From NCBI GenBank assembly GCA_963665275.2, contig CAXXIN010000013.1:256001-320000 (forward strand): 64,000 nt of DNA, given 5' to 3'. Shown here one piece after another: positions 60,489 through 64,000 of this stretch; positions within the stretch are counted from its first letter, which is position 1; each line of letters starts with the position of its first letter. A program made the position numbers and the translations under genes. The notes under the pieces were generated by a model. That model searched no databases and was not told the DNA's origin. It was given only the letters and a program-made list of their open reading frames with translations. The DNA comes from Negativicutes bacterium. GTDB lineage: Bacteria; Bacillota; Negativicutes; UBA1444.

Positions 60489-62087
60489 TCAATTTTGCAA
60501 TATGCCGTGTTCGACCATCTTTCGCCATAGAGTAGTTGTACTAATCCCTAATTTTTTCGCTGCCAACCCTCGATTTTCCTTCTCTTCCTGCAGAATTCTT
60601 ACAATCACAGACTTTTCCGTTTCCTTCAGAATAGAGTCCAAATTCAGTTCAGCCCTGCGACCCCCACCCGAAACCTTCTCGAACTGCGAAGGCAGATGAC
60701 GTTTCTGCAGCAACCGTTCATGCGGCTCGACAATGTTCAGTGCACTTTCAATGCAGTTTTGCAATTCCCGCACGTTGCCCGGCCACTCGTGCCGAGAGAA
60801 AACATCGAGAACATCAGTCGCCACATCCTCAACGATCCGACCCAGAACACGATTATATTTTTCGAGGAAACAGCGGGCCAATTGATGAATGTCGTCATAC
60901 CGCTCCCGCAGGGCCGGCACTTTTAGCTCCACCACGTTGAGGCGATAGAAAAGGTCTTCCCGGAATTTTTTTTCTTCGACAAGCAGGCGCAAATTACGAT
61001 TCGTCGATGAAATGATCCGAATGTTGACACGAATCGGCTTGCTGCTGCCCAAGCGGGTCACTTCCTGCTCCTGCAACACTCGCAGCAAGCGGGCCTGGAG
61101 GTCCCATTCCATCTCACTGATCTCATCCAAAAAAACCGTGCCCCCATTGGCTGATTCAAAGATTCCCGCATTGCCGCCTTTTTTTGCTCCGGTAAAGGAG
61201 CCTTCCACATACCCGAACAGTGTTCCTTCGATTAGGCTTGGAGGCACCGCGCCGCAATTAATGGCAATAAACGGTTTGTCGCAGCGGGGTGAGGCGTTGT
61301 GAATCGCCTGCGCGAACAATTCCTTCCCGGTGCCGGTCTCCCCGAAAATCAAGACTGACGAAATGCCTTGCGAAACGTTGCGGGCCACCGCCTTGCAACG
61401 CTGAATGCTTTCGCTGACCCCAACAATATCGTCGAAATTATAGCGCGCATACTGAAACTTTTTGACTTCTTCAATCAGTTTATGTTTCTGCGAAACCATC
61501 ATTTCATTATTGAAACCCAAGCCGTATTGTTCTGTAATGGGAATGCGTACAGCCATGGCCCCTGGGACAGACATGGATTTCCCCACTACCGGTCGCTGCG
61601 TCTGCATGGCCTCCAAGGCCGCCTTGCTGACCTTGCCGATATATTCACCTTTTTGCACGCCAAAGGAATCGACACTCTGGAGCCTGCGCCCTTCCTGATC
61701 GAACAGTACCGCTTCGCCGCCCGCCACACGAGCAATAATCGGCAATGCTTGCGATAACGAATCCCACAGCTTCCCTTCACGCTCGATCTTTTCCGTATTG
61801 GATGCACTCAGGACATATTCGCCGATTGGCAACGCCCATGCTTCGGAGTTCGGCACAAAAGCCGAATACCCGAACGCTGGAGCGTTTTTTTCACTGGCGT
61901 CCCGCGCTAAATCGTACACCACTCCATGGTATTCCGCCAGTTCGTTGCCATGCGAATCAACCGTCCGCATGCGCTTTCCCGCTCTATCCGTCACGCTGGC
62001 ATATCCGCCCGATATTCGCGCAATCAATGGCAACGCCTTGAAAAGTTGTTCCAACAATGTTCCGTTGCGAGAGTTTTCCGTCGCCAT
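60489..62087 (-). CDS. Sigma-54 enhancer-binding protein with duplicated N-terminal sensor (candidate nicotinate activator)
   Basis: GETGTGKELFAQAIH, GSFTGA, FLDEISE, WPGNVREL, HTH AAKKLGISTTTLWRK; two N-terminal repeats. Confidence 0.9.
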   Translation of the reverse strand: MATENSRNGTLLEQLFKALPLIARISGGYASVTDRAGKRMRTVDSHGNELAEYHGVVYDLARDASEKNAPAFGYSAFVPNSEAWALPIGEYVLSASNTEKIEREGKLWDSLSQALPIIARVAGGEAVLFDQEGRRLQSVDSFGVQKGEYIGKVSKAALEAMQTQRPVVGKSMSVPGAMAVRIPITEQYGLGFNNEMMVSQKHKLIEEVKKFQYARYNFDDIVGVSESIQRCKAVARNVSQGISSVLIFGETGTGKELFAQAIHNASPRCDKPFIAINCGAVPPSLIEGTLFGYVEGSFTGAKKGGNAGIFESANGGTVFLDEISEMEWDLQARLLRVLQEQEVTRLGSSKPIRVNIRIISSTNRNLRLLVEEKKFREDLFYRLNVVELKVPALRERYDDIHQLARCFLEKYNRVLGRIVEDVATDVLDVFSRHEWPGNVRELQNCIESALNIVEPHERLLQKRHLPSQFEKVSGGGRRAELNLDSILKETEKSVIVRILQEEKENRGLAAKKLGISTTTLWRKMVEHGILQN

Positions 62088-62174
62088 TTTGCCCTCCTGT
62101 AGGTTGCCAACCATCTGAAATGGCTAGGCTTATAGAATCATTATAGCAAAATCCCTCATCCTACTCTATAACAA

Positions 62175-62192
62175 CATTTCAATATTGAAATG
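62175..62192. promoter_or_regulatory. Perfect 18-bp palindrome upstream of the activator gene (candidate autoregulatory site)
   Basis: CATTTCAATATTGAAATG; degenerate copies at 60412 and 60485. Confidence 0.6.
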
Positions 62193-62268
62193 CACCTCAT
62201 TCACTTTATGCCTATTCAACAGAAAAGCCCTCGCAGCTGCGAAGGCTCCGTCGCCAACACTTTCGATT

Positions 62269-62937
62269 TTATTTTATGCCATAAAATCCTGCCTGCAATC
62301 CTGACGCCCAAAGGATTTCCACAGCAGCGAACCCCGCTGCTCTGAGAAGCTCAAGATGGTCACTGATCGATATGGGCAGCAGTTCGACCCCGTATCGGGT
62401 TATGTGCTTTTCGACCTCTTCAGCAGGTTTACCGCTGTCCAACTGATGGCGGCGCCATCGTTCCAATCCGATCTCAGTCCCTCGTTCGGAGAAAGGCCTG
62501 ATCGTTTCAAAAGTCACGTAAATCCCCCCCGACTTTAGGGCTGAAAAACATTTATCAGTCGCGATCTTGCGCATTTCAACACTTAAATAATGATGTGACA
62601 TAATGGCAGTTATCACATCAAACCGACCGTCGTACGACAAGGACTCGCTGCCAGCCTGCACATATTCCACGTCAAGGGCTGCCAACTTTTCTTTGGCGAT
62701 ATCCAACATGGCCCCCGACGGATCAGCCGCCACAAAATGCAGATTGCCAAAATATTCACCGGCCTTCTCGATCAGCCTGCCGGTCCCGCAACCCGCATCA
62801 AGCCAATTGGCGGGACAGTCCTTGACCCCTTTGACAAGCGCCAGAGTTTCTTCATGAAAAGCAGTATATCTGGGAATGGTTTTTTGCACATTGGCATCGT
62901 ATTGCGACGCAGCCTGTGATGTTTTATTGTCGCGCAT
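62269..62937 (-). CDS. Class I SAM-dependent methyltransferase (CmoA-like pattern)
   Basis: TIPRY..FH, WLDAGCGTG, ADPS..ML, FDVITAIMSHH, LKSGGIYV. Confidence 0.88.
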   Translation of the reverse strand: MRDNKTSQAASQYDANVQKTIPRYTAFHEETLALVKGVKDCPANWLDAGCGTGRLIEKAGEYFGNLHFVAADPSGAMLDIAKEKLAALDVEYVQAGSESLSYDGRFDVITAIMSHHYLSVEMRKIATDKCFSALKSGGIYVTFETIRPFSERGTEIGLERWRRHQLDSGKPAEEVEKHITRYGVELLPISISDHLELLRAAGFAAVEILWASGLQAGFYGIK

Positions 62938-62968
62938 TATAGATCCCCCCCATAGCATTTTTCAGCTT

Positions 62969-63808
62969 CTATCCCTGCACATTCATGGTTTCGGCAATCC
63001 GGTCAAGCTCCGCGGCGTTTTGGTTAACCTGTTGTATTGTATCGGCGATTTGGTTGACCGCCACCGCGATTTGACCGATCGCTTTCTGCATATCATTCAT
63101 CTGAGTATAAGTTGCATCGCTGTCTTTGCGAATTGCCGCTATGATCGAGCCAACTTCATTCGTCGACTGTGCACTGGTTCCAGCCAGCTTTCTGATCTCG
63201 GCAGCCACCACACCGAAGCCGCGTCCCTGCTCACCGACCCGCGCCGCTTCAATGGCCGCATTGAGCCCCAGCAGATTCGTCTGATTGGCGATGCCCCTGA
63301 TCAGATCCAAGACCTGATCCGATTGTTTGGCCCGGGTTTGTGACTCGCGCGCCACATCGGTCAACATCCGGCTGGATGCCGCAATCTCCTGGGTCTGCGC
63401 TGAAATTTCCTCGCATGTTGCGGCCAGAGTACCGATATTATCCACCAGACTGGCTGACATGTTCTTGATATTCTCCTGCAACTCCACCGGCTGGGTAATC
63501 GCAATGGCGCCAATCACCTCATGATTCTCATCATAAACGGGTGTGGCCACCGAAGTGTAAGGCATTCCATACAAAGTCTTATCAAAGCGCAGCGCCACCC
63601 GCCGCTTCTCCTGCATAGCGCGGTGCACTCCACTGCCTGGCTTGACTTGGGCATTTAGCGGAACTTTGAGATCTAGTTTTTTCCCCGGCTTGTACAAAAG
63701 AAAATTCTCTCGATTGGTCAAAGTGACGCCGGTGTCTTCATGCAGGGAAAGTTGTACAAGGGGTAAGGCATAGATCAATTTATCCAGAATAGCTTCGGCG
63801 TTCGTCAT
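62969..63808 (-). CDS. Soluble methyl-accepting chemotaxis protein
   Basis: [37 protein letters not shown]; small N-terminal sensor (YGMPY..VATPV), no TM. Confidence 0.9.
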   Translation of the reverse strand: MTNAEAILDKLIYALPLVQLSLHEDTGVTLTNRENFLLYKPGKKLDLKVPLNAQVKPGSGVHRAMQEKRRVALRFDKTLYGMPYTSVATPVYDENHEVIGAIAITQPVELQENIKNMSASLVDNIGTLAATCEEISAQTQEIAASSRMLTDVARESQTRAKQSDQVLDLIRGIANQTNLLGLNAAIEAARVGEQGRGFGVVAAEIRKLAGTSAQSTNEVGSIIAAIRKDSDATYTQMNDMQKAIGQIAVAVNQIADTIQQVNQNAAELDRIAETMNVQG

Positions 63809-63855
63809 AAGTATATTGCACCTCCGAATTATTTTAACCCGCCTTTACTTTCAGT

Positions 63856-63872
63856 TGCAAGAATTATGCCAA
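63856..63872 (-). promoter_or_regulatory. Sigma-54 promoter upstream of the soluble MCP
   Basis: Minus strand TTGGCATAATTCTTGCA. Confidence 0.75.
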
Positions 63873-63883
63873 CATTTAAGAAC

Positions 63884-63920
63884 ACGCAAGGTGTTGATGC
63901 CTGGCATCAACACCTTGCGT
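63884..63920. terminator. Inverted repeat with 18-bp arms (terminator of the upstream gene)
   Basis: acgcaaggtgttgatgcc-t-ggcatcaacaccttgcgt. Confidence 0.65.
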
Positions 63921-63949
63921 TACTGGCAAACTAAAGCAGAATAAGATTC

Positions 63950-64000
63950 TTATGCTTCGGAAGGTTGTGCGCAGTCCTCCGGGTTGGTCGTATTGCAAGA
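63950..64000 (-). CDS. 3' end of a gene entering from outside the window, probably a paralog of the 41503 MFS
   Basis: Translates SCNTTNPEDCAQPSEA*, versus DCSATNPDACAPKA* at the end of the 41503 MFS. Confidence 0.5.
   Translation of the reverse strand, partial: SCNTTNPEDCAQPSEA

Noticed and set aside
1-64000. Selenocysteine/pyrrolysine read-through, CRISPR arrays, tRNA/rRNA, IS elements or integrases
   Set aside because: The gene breaks I traced are frameshifts rather than in-frame TGA/TAG; no spaced direct repeats, RNA-gene signatures or transposase motifs seen by eye

Overview
A ~52% GC window that reads like a diderm Firmicute (Negativicutes, Sporomusa/Pelosinus-like; inferred from Firmicute-type genes and sigma-H-like promoters plus a beta-barrel-like protein ending in Phe). 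Almost all genes are on the minus strand. 1-12 kb holds housekeeping, stress and chemotaxis genes (cysteine hydrolase, YczE, HD hydrolase, PocR chemoreceptor + CheW, GNAT, MBL, DbpA, MocR + MFS, PerR-rubrerythrin). Three sigma-54 catabolic islands follow, each with its own enhancer-binding protein and a clean -24/-12 promoter: (i) 12.5-20 kb CoA-transferase/Bcd/MaoC/Crt/GntP permease (3-hydroxybutyrate/crotonate-type); (ii) 28.4-38.3 kb CaiB/BaiF CoA-transferase, two acyl-CoA dehydrogenases, FixABCX and an unusual five-repeat membrane protein; (iii) 41.5-62 kb a complete Eubacterium barkeri-type, B12-dependent nicotinate fermentation cluster (ndhSLM-ena-hnr-apbE-like-DUF1185-hgd-hmd-dmdAB-mgm-mii-mgmL-dml-ndhF-MFS) with ndhF displaced to the far end and a candidate activator-binding motif. 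Between islands (i) and (ii) is a tandemly duplicated module of a MalT-like STAND/LuxR regulator, a conserved 16-bp element and a DUF2442-like gene, one copy of which is fused to a GGDEF/HD-GYP enzyme. Several genes have single-base indels, mostly in homopolymers, which are probably long-read errors. No rRNA, tRNA, CRISPR or mobile element was seen. All family calls are from motif recognition by eye; no searches were run.
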